Origin: Candidatus Saccharimonadota bacterium | Lineage (GTDB): Bacteria; Patescibacteriota; Saccharimonadia; Saccharimonadales; VXPC01 | DNA: 64,000 nt | Direction of reading: 5' to 3' | Assembly: GCA_009839685.1 (NCBI GenBank) | Contig: VXPC01000014.1 | Location: 6,928-70,927 of the forward strand | Shown: in pieces, positions 46,606 to 56,898 of the stretch | Numbering within the stretch: position 1 is the first letter of the stretch | Layout: the number at the start of each line of letters is the position of its first letter | The notes under the pieces: generated by a model | Database searches by the model: none | What the model was told of the DNA's origin: nothing | Seen by the model: the letters and a program-made list of their open reading frames with translations, nothing else | Made by a program: the position numbers and the translations under genes

Positions 46606-47847
46606 TCAGCCTTCCGGTTGCTGCAGGCTGTAGATCTCCTGCGTCTGGGGGTGCTGGATCCAGGCGGCGAAGTAGCGCCTGACCTGATAGAAAAGGCTCA
46701 TGTTGACCAAGATGACGATAATCATGATGCCGATGGCCCTGGCTAAGGGGTTGAAGGGAAAAACCTTTTTCCAATGATCGGCGAATTCGTGCAAGCCGAC
46801 GACGGCAACGATGATAATCAGCGGCAGCAGCATCTCGACACCTTGGGTCTTGATGCCCGCGTTCAGCCCGGCGATAACCAGCAGTCCGAGCGCCCCGAAA
46901 CCCAAGTAGGCCTTGCCGACCCTTAGCAGCGGCTGCTGGCGGGCGAAATAAAGCCCGAACGGAATCATGGCCGCTATGAAGACGTCGAGCAGCGGCAGCC
47001 GGCCGAGCCAGCGCGAGGCGTTGTAGGGCGCCTGCCAGACCAGGCTCTTGAGGGTTTGCAGGAAGTTGTCCCCGACTTGCCGGACGCTCTCGACCGCCTC
47101 GGGTATGCCCCAGGCGACGAAAACCGCTTGCTGGTCGTAGCTGAAGCTGAGGAACATGACGGCCGCTAGGACGATGTAGGTTATGACCAGGCTCAACTTG
47201 AGCCGAGAGCTGAGCAGCCGGCGCAGCACCCGGTGGCGATAGAAAATATGCAGGAAAAGAGCCGTAATCAGCCAAGGCGCCAAGGGGGTGAACCAGTTGA
47301 GGACGGCCGCCGTCAAGGCGGCCAGCTTCAACTGGAGACTGTGGCCATAGTCTTTCATCAAGGTAAGGCAGGCGGCCAAAACGAGCAAGAAGGCCAGCGA
47401 GGTCATCTCCGGCGTGCCGGCTCTGGCCAGCTGCAGCATCCAGCTGTTAAGAACCAGCAGGCTGGTGCCGGCCAAGCTGATCAGGACGCCGAACCGCCTT
47501 CTTAGCAGCAGCAAAAACGTGCCGGCGACGAGCAGCGCCGACGCGCTGCTGAAAATCCGGGCGGCCAGGACGCCGTCGCTGACGACGAAGCGCAGCAGGT
47601 AGACCCCTAAGTGATAGGGCCAGTAGAGGAAGTTTTCAAACGGATCCGGGAAAGTCGAGGTGGCTTCCAAAACGGCGGCCTCGGCCGGGCTGTGGCCGGG
47701 CAGCAGCTGGCCCGGGGCGATGCCGTAGCTCAGCGCCAGCGCCAGAAGGAAGATAAAAGCGGTGTAGACGACCGGCAGCCAGCCGCTGAAGGTCTCCGAA
47801 TTAAGGTTGGTGCGGGCTAACAACCGCCCGGCAAGCTTGTTCAACAC
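46606..47847 (-). CDS. polytopic membrane protein, possibly a GT39/GT87-like glycosyltransferase/mannosyltransferase
   Basis: About 11 to 12 predicted TM helices with loops. Family call is by architecture only. Confidence 0.4.
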   Translation of the reverse strand: MLNKLAGRLLARTNLNSETFSGWLPVVYTAFIFLLALALSYGIAPGQLLPGHSPAEAAVLEATSTFPDPFENFLYWPYHLGVYLLRFVVSDGVLAARIFSSASALLVAGTFLLLLRRRFGVLISLAGTSLLVLNSWMLQLARAGTPEMTSLAFLLVLAACLTLMKDYGHSLQLKLAALTAAVLNWFTPLAPWLITALFLHIFYRHRVLRRLLSSRLKLSLVITYIVLAAVMFLSFSYDQQAVFVAWGIPEAVESVRQVGDNFLQTLKSLVWQAPYNASRWLGRLPLLDVFIAAMIPFGLYFARQQPLLRVGKAYLGFGALGLLVIAGLNAGIKTQGVEMLLPLIIIVAVVGLHEFADHWKKVFPFNPLARAIGIMIIVILVNMSLFYQVRRYFAAWIQHPQTQEIYSLQQPEG

Positions 47848-47875
47848 GTCCGGTTAGCTTTCACTTAAGCTTATT

Positions 47876-49273
47876 TTAACCCATTTCCAGCTCTTCGGCC
47901 GGAATGTCCAGATTCTTCTCCAGCGTCAGATAACGTTGGATCTCCTTGTTGAAGTAAAGCTCGACCTTGCCGACCGGCCCGTTACGGTGCTTTTTGATCT
48001 GAACTTCCAGGATGCCCTGTTTCTCTTCGTTATCGGGGTTATAGTATTCCTCCCGGTACAGGAAAGCGACGACGTCGGCGTCCTGCTCGATCGAACCCGA
48101 GTCGCGCAGATCGGCCAGCGCGGGGTGCTTGTTCTCCCTGGTCTCGGTTTGCCGGCTGAGCTGCGAGAGAGCGATGACGGGTATGTTGAGCTCTTTGGCC
48201 AGCAGCTTAAGCCCGCGGGAGATCTCGGAAATCTCCTGCACCCGGTTGTCGCCGTAATTGCCCTGGATGCCGCGCATCAGCTGCAAATAGTCGACGACGA
48301 TCAGGTCGACCTTCTGCTTGTAGTTCAGCCGCCTGGTCTTGGTCCGCACCTCGGAAATGTTCAGTCCCGGCGTGTCGTCGATATACAAACTGGCTTTGCT
48401 CAGCCCTTCCTGGGCGCCGGCGATCTTCTCAAAGTCTTCGTTCCTCAGGTGCCCGGTCCTCAGCCCCCAGGCGCTGATGCCGGTGTGCATCGAGAGGAGG
48501 CGGTCGACCAGCTGGTCCTGGCTCATCTCCAAGGAAAAGTACAGAACCGTCTTCTGCGCCTCCAAATCGTGGTTGCAGGCGATGTTATAAGCCAGGTTGA
48601 GGGCGAAGCCGGTCTTGCCCATGCCGGGCCGGGCGGCGATGATGAAGAGGTCGCTGTTCTGGAAGCCGGCCAGAAAGTTGTCCAGATCCTTGAAGCCGGA
48701 GGAAATGCCCCGCAGCTCGCCCCGGTTCTCTTGCAGGCGCTTGAGGTTTTCAAAGCTTTCCTTAAGCACCTCGCTGAGGTGCATCACGTTCTGTTGGACG
48801 TGCTGCTCGGAGATATTGAAGAGCTTGACCTCGGCCGTCTCAATTATCTGGTTCAGATCCTTCTTGTTGTCGTAAGCCAGTTGGTTGAAGGCGGCGGCCG
48901 TCTCGATCAAGCCCCTGCGGCGGGCTTTTTCGACGATTATCTCCGCGTAGCTTTTGGCGTGGCTGGCCGTTGGGACGGTGTTGATCAGCTGGCTGAGGTA
49001 TTCGTTGCCGCCCACCTCCTTGAAAACCTTGGCATCCTTAAGAGCGCTGCCGACGGTAATGATGTCGATGTCCTTGCCTTGGCGGTAAACTTCCAAGGCC
49101 GCTTTGTAGACGTGTTCGTGCTTCTTGTCGAAAAAATCGTAGGTCTTGATCAGATCCTCGACTTCGGCGATAACCAGCGGGTCGAGCAGGATGGCGCCCA
49201 GCAGGCAGGCTTCGGCCTCCAGATCCTGAGGCTTGGCGGCCGCCTTGGTCGCACTCTCAGTCGGCATTTCCAC
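47876..49273 (-). CDS. dnaB: replicative DNA helicase
   Basis: N-terminal DnaB domain (LEAEACLLGAILLD). Walker A ARPGMGKTGFALN, Walker B LIVVDYLQLM. Confidence 0.9.
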   Translation of the reverse strand: MEMPTESATKAAAKPQDLEAEACLLGAILLDPLVIAEVEDLIKTYDFFDKKHEHVYKAALEVYRQGKDIDIITVGSALKDAKVFKEVGGNEYLSQLINTVPTASHAKSYAEIIVEKARRRGLIETAAAFNQLAYDNKKDLNQIIETAEVKLFNISEQHVQQNVMHLSEVLKESFENLKRLQENRGELRGISSGFKDLDNFLAGFQNSDLFIIAARPGMGKTGFALNLAYNIACNHDLEAQKTVLYFSLEMSQDQLVDRLLSMHTGISAWGLRTGHLRNEDFEKIAGAQEGLSKASLYIDDTPGLNISEVRTKTRRLNYKQKVDLIVVDYLQLMRGIQGNYGDNRVQEISEISRGLKLLAKELNIPVIALSQLSRQTETRENKHPALADLRDSGSIEQDADVVAFLYREEYYNPDNEEKQGILEVQIKKHRNGPVGKVELYFNKEIQRYLTLEKNLDIPAEELEMG

Positions 49274-50240
49274 GCTCCTTGGCCGGCCGGCTGTGCTTCA
49301 GTAAGGCGATCTCCAGGGCCGCGTGCGGTTGCCGGGCTCCGAAGACGTCCAGCAAATCTTCCAGCAGATCCAGCTTGCGCCCGTAGTATTCATCATGCGG
49401 GTTGGCCTGCAGGCCATCTCTCAGCCCGCTCGTCAGCCTTTCGGCCAGAACCACCGGGTCGACGCCCAGAGCTTCGATTTTCCGGTAGCGCTCGACGACC
49501 CCCTTCAAATTACCAACTGCCAGCGATTCCAGCAGGCCGGCAACCATTTCGGTCGGCGGCAACCCCAAAATTTCCTCGACCAAACCCCCGTCAATCTTTT
49601 TATCCAGGCTGGTCAGCTGATCCAGCAGGCTCAAGGCGTCGCGCAGGCTGCCGCCGGCGTGTTGGGCCAGCAGCTGCAAGGCCGCCTCGTCGATGTCGAC
49701 CTTTTCCTGTTTGGCGATATTCTCCAAATGCCTTCGGAGCTCCTCGACGGGCACGGCTTTGAAGGCGAAATGCTGACATCTCGAAGCGATGGTGGCCGGC
49801 ACTTTGTGGGCCTCGGTCGTCGCCAAGATAAAGACGGCGTGCTCGGGGGGCTCCTCCAGAGTTTTGAGCAAGGCGTTGAAGGCCTCCTTGGTCAGCATGT
49901 GGACCTCATCAATTATGTAGACCTTGTATTTGAGCTGCAGGGGCGCCAGCTTGACCTTCTCGCGCAAGTCCCTGACCTCGTCGATCCGCCCGCTGGAAGC
50001 GGCGTCGATCTCGATGATATCCAAAGGGGTCTCATCCAATTTGTACTCGACACCGTTGATCCGGTGGGCCAGGATGCGGGCCAAGCTGGTCTTCCCCACC
50101 CCCCTCGGTCCGGTCAACAGCAGGGCGTGCCCCGGCAGACCCTTCTCAAGCGCCGCCGACAAGGTTTTGACTATCGGCGCCTGGGCGACGATCTCTTCCA
50201 ATTTCTTAGGCCGGTATTTGCGGTACAGGACCAGGCTCAT
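49257..50240 (-). CDS. dnaX: DNA polymerase III subunit gamma/tau, short form (about 327 aa, no tau-specific C-terminal domains)
   Basis: LYRKYRP hallmark, P-loop GPRGVGKTSLARILA, DEVHML, SRCQ sensor. Overlaps the dnaB stop by 17 nt. Confidence 0.8.
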   Translation of the reverse strand: MSLVLYRKYRPKKLEEIVAQAPIVKTLSAALEKGLPGHALLLTGPRGVGKTSLARILAHRINGVEYKLDETPLDIIEIDAASSGRIDEVRDLREKVKLAPLQLKYKVYIIDEVHMLTKEAFNALLKTLEEPPEHAVFILATTEAHKVPATIASRCQHFAFKAVPVEELRRHLENIAKQEKVDIDEAALQLLAQHAGGSLRDALSLLDQLTSLDKKIDGGLVEEILGLPPTEMVAGLLESLAVGNLKGVVERYRKIEALGVDPVVLAERLTSGLRDGLQANPHDEYYGRKLDLLEDLLDVFGARQPHAALEIALLKHSRPAKERGNAD

Positions 50241-50395
50241 AGCGGTTGTTTCAAGATTTAACACCCCTCATTATAACCATCGGCCAAAGCCTGGGCGGCA
50301 ATCTACACAGTTTGTCCGCAGGTCTTCCGCCGCCTTAGAGCCGGTTTGTCCACAGGAGCTAGCTTAATCCCTGCCACCTAAACCTCGCTTCAGGC

Positions 50396-53300
50396 CTAGT
50401 AGTTGACGGGGGTGACGGTAATGCTGTCCGATTTGTACAGCTGGTCCGGGAAGAGCGGCAGTTCGGGGACGCCGATCAAGAATTCCGGACGGAGGTTAAT
50501 TTCTTCCGAACCCCTGTTGTAAGACCCCCCCAAGCGGTTGGCGATGTCAAATGCGTTGGTCGGCAGAATCAAGGTCGGGGTTTCAGGGGTCGTGGCTCTG
50601 ATAACCGAGTTGTTGATGCGGCCCAAACGCACCCTTTGGGCGATCAGGGCGCCGTTGACTATCAAATCGGAATTGCAGCTGGTGTAATGACTGCTGGCGT
50701 CTATACCTGGATAGTAACAGGTCCAGATCTCGCCGGCCAAAGCGCGGTTGATACCAGTGTTAATATGATCGGGGTAGGCGACCAGCACGGCGTCTATCCG
50801 GTTTACGGAGGGGTCGATGTAGATGTTGCCCCTGACGACTATCAGCAGGTAGCCGACTTCCGAGCGGTCATTCCAGCCCGCCGTGTTCTCGTTGACGATG
50901 TCGCTGTTGATGTAAACGTTGCCCTCGCCCTCCACGAACAGCGTGGCTTTGAGGTCGGACAAGTTGACGCCGAAGCCGTCAATGTTCAAATTTTGGCCGT
51001 AGTTGAGGACGTAGCGCTTGCGGTCGTTATTCCTGATAGTGCTGAGGTCGATATCAATCGGAGTGTGGCCGCCGGGGTTCGGCTCTTCGTGTATGTTTTC
51101 AACTTCGCGCCAGTAGTTGCTGATGCAGCTGGTTTCCCCGAAGTCGCCGCCCCAGTCGGGATTGCCGGCCGTGTTGCTGAAACTCAGGCCTTTGAGCGGC
51201 GTGGGCGATGCCGGCCGCTGCGAGGCCGAGTAGAAATAAGCGATCGCGTTATGTGCCTGGACGCCGTATTGGACCGACGATCCCTTGGCGGTGCTGTAGT
51301 CGTTGCCGGAACTGTGGCCGAAGATAAAGCCGTCGATAGTCCCGCTCGAATTTCTGATAACGGTCTCGTTGTTCACGCCGCAGGAATCGTATTTGTTAGC
51401 CAGCCCGAAATAACCCCCGGCGCCGACATCACCGTGGAAGACCTTGAAGTAAGGCTTAACAGCTACTCTGACTTGCTCCGTGCATGGTATAGTGCCATGG
51501 GATGAATTGCCGGGGAACGGGTAGCCCGTCCGACGTTCATTCGGGTCGCTTCCCTCCGATGTTATGCGTTCGTTGATACTTTCAAACCACGAGTTTTGCT
51601 GAGTCGATGTTAAAGCATAATCAAGGGTCGTCCAGCTTTCCCCGCCCATGCTGGTCACAATCGACCATTCAAAATTGTACTCGCCATCTCTTTGCAAGAC
51701 TCTCTGTAAGTCGTTGGGAGGGCCGGTTCTGGTACTAATAACCCGCCTGCCGTTAGGGTCTATGCTGTCGTTAGGATGGCTCGTCGGAATAAAGCCGCTA
51801 ACGGGGGGAGTAAAGCTGGGGTCGTGCTGGTTCGTGACTTCGTATCTAATAGAGTCTATATCCATCGATGCCGCGTTAGGGTTGACCAGCTCTACTGTGA
51901 TGCGGGTGTTCGGGTCGTCTTTCTCAAAGACATCCCGCCTGACAATGCATTCGGGCGGATCAGCCCAAACAAAGATATTAATGGATGTCGGCCCAGTGGT
52001 GCAACTGTTTCCGGTATGTTCAAGGCCCTGCCATGACGGATGAGTGCCTGGAGTGGCGACGCCTTGGGCATCACTTTCCCAGGCGGGGTTCCAAGTGACT
52101 AAGAATTCGCCGGGGTAAACAATACTCGTAAACGACTCTTCGAAATCTAGGCTCTGCCCACTGGGTATAGTTGCAACCGTGTTGGCAGTGCTTTGGCTAA
52201 TTGATACTCCAGGACTGTGGAATCTACCCGTTTGGCTGTTAACATTGTATGTCGGGTGCGTGCTGCTGGTCGTTACTAGGTCAAAGTAGTTTTGTCGGTT
52301 AATCATGGTGAAAACGGTTCTCTGATCCGGTTCGCCAACCGGATACACCTTGGTCGGATTGTTGCTCGGGGGTATTCTTTCTTCATCCCTGCCTGATTCA
52401 GGATGATTAAAAAGAGGGTCTTTCCGTCTAATACTGCAGTCCGGCGGTCTTACTACCAAGACGCGGGAACAGGCTTCCCAGGTGCCGTTGAAGGTCAGGA
52501 GATTTTTTATCGTTTCCGTTGTTGACAGATTAGAGGTGCTATTGTAGTAGTGGTTTCCGTTGGGGGAAGTGCTATCCCAGTATGCTGAGTCGGACCAACT
52601 GTGCCGCGTAGTGTTGTCGTAGGCGTAGGTGTAGGTGATGGTTTCCTCAATTTCCAACCGCCAGCTTATCCGCCATTCATACGTGTGAATATCCGGCGTT
52701 GTGATACTCCCCCCGTCTATCAGCGACAGAACGGAGTTGTTGCTGGCACTACTTCCGGTTCTGGCCCAACTGGTTGAACCCGCCCTTCTTACTCGTTGCG
52801 CGGTAATACTGAACCTTTTATCAATACTGCTGGTGCTATTTATAGACAAATTATCACCGTTACTGGTCGTCAACTCTGCATAATCTGGTGGCGCGGCAAA
52901 CAAAGTATCCAAATGAGACGAGGGGCCATTATCAAATTTAAGCTGTATTCTCACTGTGTGATTGGAGCCGATTTCGGATGTCGACGTGTCGCTGTAATCA
53001 TTGTTAAGAAAGATTTTCTCCACCAAATAATCTTGAACGAAGTCGTCGTCAAAGGCACTGTTATCGAATGTGCTGAAATGGATCTTGATATTGTCGGTAA
53101 CCGTGCTGACTTGATTGTAAGTACCACTATCCGTTTGTACGGTATCGGGGAGGTCTTCCGACCAGCTATGGCTGTGGGTGGTATTAGCGGGTCCCGTATG
53201 GCCATAAACAGAATCGTACACCTTATTACCGGAGCCGGTGCCGTGATAATGGCTGCCGCTTTCGTTGTATATATTGTAATCACGATGGGTATGGGAAAAG

Positions 53301-56300
53301 GTCTGCGACGCGCCTTCCTTGCTGGATGTAAAGGAATCGGTAGCTGTCCGGTTATAAGTACCCGACCTGCTGGTTATATCGATATCGTTATCATCCCAAT
53401 CCAAACCTTCGGGCCAATTCCAACTCCAACACTCTCCTGGCGGCGCGTCTTCGCAAGCTGCTTGATTGACTGCCAGACCGCTTAGATTTACTGCAGCTCT
53501 AGGAAGAGGGGTGTCAAACTCTCTTAGTTCGCCGCTACTGTCGTAGTAACCGGCAATTTCATAAGTTAAATGGCGGGGAGTGGTAAACCAGGCAGTACTA
53601 GCATCGGTTATATCAAACAGATGATACCTTCTGTTTGGGGGTGAAGAACTGAGAGTGCTGGAAGGGTCCGTGTCCAGAACTCGATCATAGGAACTAACTC
53701 TGACAGCATTAGTGTAACTGCCGTAATCATAATTGTTGGGATCCTGGTCTTTCTTAAGGATTAAATCATGAATATCCACGTCCGGGTCGCCGTTAGTGTA
53801 AGTTACGGGACCGGCGTCTGAACCGGACTGTGTAATCTCCAAGTGCAGATTTGCCTCCCCGGTGGAGCTTATGGGCATGCTCACATCTTCAATCCAGACT
53901 GCGCAATTCGGCATTCCGTCTGTATCCGGGCCGGAAATGACGGTGGGGGTAGTGAAATCAAGGCAGTCCATATAACTCCTGGGCAAACCTCTGATCGGAT
54001 CATCGGGGATAATATCGTAAACCTTTTTCGATAAACCGGGTACCTGCCAGGTGATAGGGCTTGTATCCAAGGAACCGTTGTTATTGAAGTCCTCATTGAG
54101 ATCCAGTACTCCGTTGTTGTTGAGGTCTTCGGTTTCCAGCCAGGCCCGACCGGTTAAGATAATCCCGTTATCTAATCTGTTGCTCGTGAGTAAATTATTG
54201 TTATAGATCATCTGATTGTAGAGCATCAATCTCACCATCAATCTGTCATCTTGAGGAGGGGGGTTATCGGGGTCCGGTATCTGGCTGTAGAATCCGTTGG
54301 GCTGACCCGGCAGGGCATTGCCCGGGGTCGGCAGGGCATCTGCGTCGTGACCCGCGCCGTAGTTGACCGCTCTTGGTGTGACAGGGCTTGTGAGCCCGCT
54401 ATTCGTGTAGGTAAAGTTATTAATGGACCCGCCAGGAGGGGTTCTTGATGACTGATTATGAACTTTCAGTTCAAATTTGATTTTATCCCTGATGCTTGGA
54501 TCCTCGTATTCCTCGAACAGCAACTGCTTGATGTAAATCTCGCAGGTGCGCTCGGTAATGCCTATTTCAACCTTCTGATCACAGGTTGCTACCGTATTTA
54601 TGTAATCAAAGGGCACCCTGTACTGGACAAAGTTGCGGGGGTCAATATTCTTAAAGGTTATCTTGTAAACTTTGTCTTTCTTGAAGAAGTTTTCTATGAT
54701 TTTATTTTCCCACTCATTAGAGGAAACAGCGATGTAATAAGGATTCTGGCTACTAGAGTTCCCTGACACCAGATTATCCCAGTCATCCTTGTTAACCAGT
54801 CTGTCCGCCCTGTGATAAATTCTGCGCACATCGTTTTCGTTATATTGATTGGCTATGTGGGTGTTGATTTCATTATTGGTATAGACTATGGGGTCAACCC
54901 CTAGGGCGTCGTTGTAGGTTGAATATATGTTTCTCGTATAACCCCATTCCCCATTTTCGTTTTTAATAGCATGTTGTACTCCAGAGCTTGACAAGCTGCT
55001 GCCACCTACGCCGTCGGGGACATAGAAGTAAAAATTATTATTGACTATACCGCCGTGGTACAAAAACGGTCTAAAATCACCAGCACTACTTGGTTTATGC
55101 AAGGCATTAATAAGTTTGCCCGGGCCAGTGTTATAAACCATAAATGCCTTGGATACATCCTTGCCATTCGGATTTTTATCACTGTATATTTTCGTCCTGT
55201 TGTTCTCGTATCTGAAATACCACTGCAACAGGTCCTCATTATTGTTGCCCGGATTAGAGTTAGAGCCATCCGCATTTCGGGTTGCTAGGTCTCCATTATG
55301 AGCTGCGACTCTTTTTATACTACCTCCCCGATTATTCGCCACAACTTCAGATCCAGTTACGCGGGGTGCAGAAACCTCTACCACATTCACACCCGAAGGA
55401 GGGTTGCCGGCATCATTGTCATTGTCATTCAAGATGCCGTCGAACCGTAATGTCATCTCCGGAGATGCCGGGAAGCTGGGGGTGCTTCCAGGCGCAGGTC
55501 TGTCTGTTTCATACACCTCTACTTCCGGATACGTACCGGCGTTAGCTTGCCAAAAAGGGTATCCTGTCAGGTTGTTGCCGTGGTCGTACGTACTGCGGTC
55601 GCTGTCGTACAAGCCTATTTGGAAGTTTCTGCTGGGTTCATTAATGACGCCTGCCTCGCAACCATATCTTTCGGCATCAGGCGCAATGACAAAACTGACG
55701 TCTGAGGCTGGTCTCTTGGTGGTATCCCAAGCATTTGAGTAGCCGGTAGGCCAGTTCCCCGCGCCAACCCCGAAGTTATTATCGGGCCCACCTCTGTTTC
55801 CAAACGAAGCTAGAGTAGCGCTCCATTCAGGTGCAAGCTCTATGCTAGTGTCGGCCACCACGTAAGGCTCAGAGGCGACTGCACCACCCCCAGTCTTTTT
55901 GAGCTTAATTCTAAAATTATTATAGAAAGACCTAGAGGAATTGTTTTTGAGCTCAAATTCTAGTAAATATTGCTTAAAATCAATGCTGTTAGTAGATCCC
56001 TTTGCATACAATTTTCTGACATGAATCGGATTCAACCAACTTACTTTACTGGAATGTATATCTATTGGCGTGCCGGTATATTCGCCACTACATACACTAG
56101 CTGGGCTTGTGACGTGACCCGGGGGCTGACTGCCTGTGGAACTGAATATCCAAGAACGTGCTGTATCACCTGCACTATCTTTTCCAATGACCCTTACTGA
56201 CACATTTATAGGAGTACTGGGTGAACCCGTGTCTATATTGGAACTGCTATTGCACAGATCATAGGTATCGATGTCATAGTTGCTAAGGTCGTTGTCGTTT

Positions 56301-56641
56301 CCACCAGTGTCTTTAACTGGTATCCACACCGATAGATAGAGTATCGGCCTGTCGAAGCCATCAAAACTACGACCCGGTTTGTTGTCTCTGGATATCAGCA
56401 GGAATGGCGTTTGAGAGCTACTGTATCCAGGATTCCAATCACTGCTAATATTATCAGGCGTCCAGCCATGACTTCCATCTCTGGCCTGAGTTACATTTGC
56501 ATCAACTGAATCTGCATTGTACACCAAAGACAAGGCGTAAGTAGTAATGGTAGCGACTAAGACAGTTGCAACGATTAAGGCCAACTTGCCGATACTCTTT
56601 GGAATAAAAGAGCCAGGTAGTTTCCTTACCCTAAAATCCAT
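50396..56641 (-). CDS. giant (2081 aa) Asn/Ser/Thr/Gly-rich cell-surface protein with N-terminal TM anchor
   Basis: Uninterrupted 6.2-kb ORF. N-terminal LALIVATVLVATITTYALSL. Adjacent calcium-loop-like DLNNNGVLDLNE and DFNNNGSLD (about 54065..54135). Most of the gene is visibly AT-richer than flanking genes. Confidence 0.7.
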   Translation of the reverse strand: MDFRVRKLPGSFIPKSIGKLALIVATVLVATITTYALSLVYNADSVDANVTQARDGSHGWTPDNISSDWNPGYSSSQTPFLLISRDNKPGRSFDGFDRPILYLSVWIPVKDTGGNDNDLSNYDIDTYDLCNSSSNIDTGSPSTPINVSVRVIGKDSAGDTARSWIFSSTGSQPPGHVTSPASVCSGEYTGTPIDIHSSKVSWLNPIHVRKLYAKGSTNSIDFKQYLLEFELKNNSSRSFYNNFRIKLKKTGGGAVASEPYVVADTSIELAPEWSATLASFGNRGGPDNNFGVGAGNWPTGYSNAWDTTKRPASDVSFVIAPDAERYGCEAGVINEPSRNFQIGLYDSDRSTYDHGNNLTGYPFWQANAGTYPEVEVYETDRPAPGSTPSFPASPEMTLRFDGILNDNDNDAGNPPSGVNVVEVSAPRVTGSEVVANNRGGSIKRVAAHNGDLATRNADGSNSNPGNNNEDLLQWYFRYENNRTKIYSDKNPNGKDVSKAFMVYNTGPGKLINALHKPSSAGDFRPFLYHGGIVNNNFYFYVPDGVGGSSLSSSGVQHAIKNENGEWGYTRNIYSTYNDALGVDPIVYTNNEINTHIANQYNENDVRRIYHRADRLVNKDDWDNLVSGNSSSQNPYYIAVSSNEWENKIIENFFKKDKVYKITFKNIDPRNFVQYRVPFDYINTVATCDQKVEIGITERTCEIYIKQLLFEEYEDPSIRDKIKFELKVHNQSSRTPPGGSINNFTYTNSGLTSPVTPRAVNYGAGHDADALPTPGNALPGQPNGFYSQIPDPDNPPPQDDRLMVRLMLYNQMIYNNNLLTSNRLDNGIILTGRAWLETEDLNNNGVLDLNEDFNNNGSLDTSPITWQVPGLSKKVYDIIPDDPIRGLPRSYMDCLDFTTPTVISGPDTDGMPNCAVWIEDVSMPISSTGEANLHLEITQSGSDAGPVTYTNGDPDVDIHDLILKKDQDPNNYDYGSYTNAVRVSSYDRVLDTDPSSTLSSSPPNRRYHLFDITDASTAWFTTPRHLTYEIAGYYDSSGELREFDTPLPRAAVNLSGLAVNQAACEDAPPGECWSWNWPEGLDWDDNDIDITSRSGTYNRTATDSFTSSKEGASQTFSHTHRDYNIYNESGSHYHGTGSGNKVYDSVYGHTGPANTTHSHSWSEDLPDTVQTDSGTYNQVSTVTDNIKIHFSTFDNSAFDDDFVQDYLVEKIFLNNDYSDTSTSEIGSNHTVRIQLKFDNGPSSHLDTLFAAPPDYAELTTSNGDNLSINSTSSIDKRFSITAQRVRRAGSTSWARTGSSASNNSVLSLIDGGSITTPDIHTYEWRISWRLEIEETITYTYAYDNTTRHSWSDSAYWDSTSPNGNHYYNSTSNLSTTETIKNLLTFNGTWEACSRVLVVRPPDCSIRRKDPLFNHPESGRDEERIPPSNNPTKVYPVGEPDQRTVFTMINRQNYFDLVTTSSTHPTYNVNSQTGRFHSPGVSISQSTANTVATIPSGQSLDFEESFTSIVYPGEFLVTWNPAWESDAQGVATPGTHPSWQGLEHTGNSCTTGPTSINIFVWADPPECIVRRDVFEKDDPNTRITVELVNPNAASMDIDSIRYEVTNQHDPSFTPPVSGFIPTSHPNDSIDPNGRRVISTRTGPPNDLQRVLQRDGEYNFEWSIVTSMGGESWTTLDYALTSTQQNSWFESINERITSEGSDPNERRTGYPFPGNSSHGTIPCTEQVRVAVKPYFKVFHGDVGAGGYFGLANKYDSCGVNNETVIRNSSGTIDGFIFGHSSGNDYSTAKGSSVQYGVQAHNAIAYFYSASQRPASPTPLKGLSFSNTAGNPDWGGDFGETSCISNYWREVENIHEEPNPGGHTPIDIDLSTIRNNDRKRYVLNYGQNLNIDGFGVNLSDLKATLFVEGEGNVYINSDIVNENTAGWNDRSEVGYLLIVVRGNIYIDPSVNRIDAVLVAYPDHINTGINRALAGEIWTCYYPGIDASSHYTSCNSDLIVNGALIAQRVRLGRINNSVIRATTPETPTLILPTNAFDIANRLGGSYNRGSEEINLRPEFLIGVPELPLFPDQLYKSDSITVTPVNY

Positions 56642-56814
56642 TTTTATCCTTATTTGTCTACTTGTGTATCACGGATGATTCTAGCACTGTCTGACCATAA
56701 ATACCACGGAATGGGCTTATATTACAACAGATGTCAAATTACACTGTACAGTTTTAGGGACAGGCTATGGCTGGTTCTAAAATCTCAACAATTTGCTAAT
56801 ACCGTTCACAGGCG

Positions 56815-56853
56815 CCACCCCCTCCCCTGTATATCTGTGAGGGAAGGGGGTGG
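56815..56853. other. 13-bp GC-rich inverted repeat (imperfect) with 13-nt loop between dsbA-like stop and giant-gene start
   Basis: ccaccccctcccc tgtatatctgtga gggaagggggtgg. No U-tract on either side. Confidence 0.4.
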
Positions 56854-56898
56854 CTAGCCTGAGAGCGTCCTTAATCAGAGCAAGTGATCTGGTCAGCG

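Noticed and set aside
47936-49762. 608-aa + strand ORF
   Set aside because: It is opposite-strand shadow of dnaB/dnaX, which have unmistakable helicase and clamp-loader motifs. The product is Ala/Arg/Gly/Leu-rich, typical of GC-rich antisense frames.
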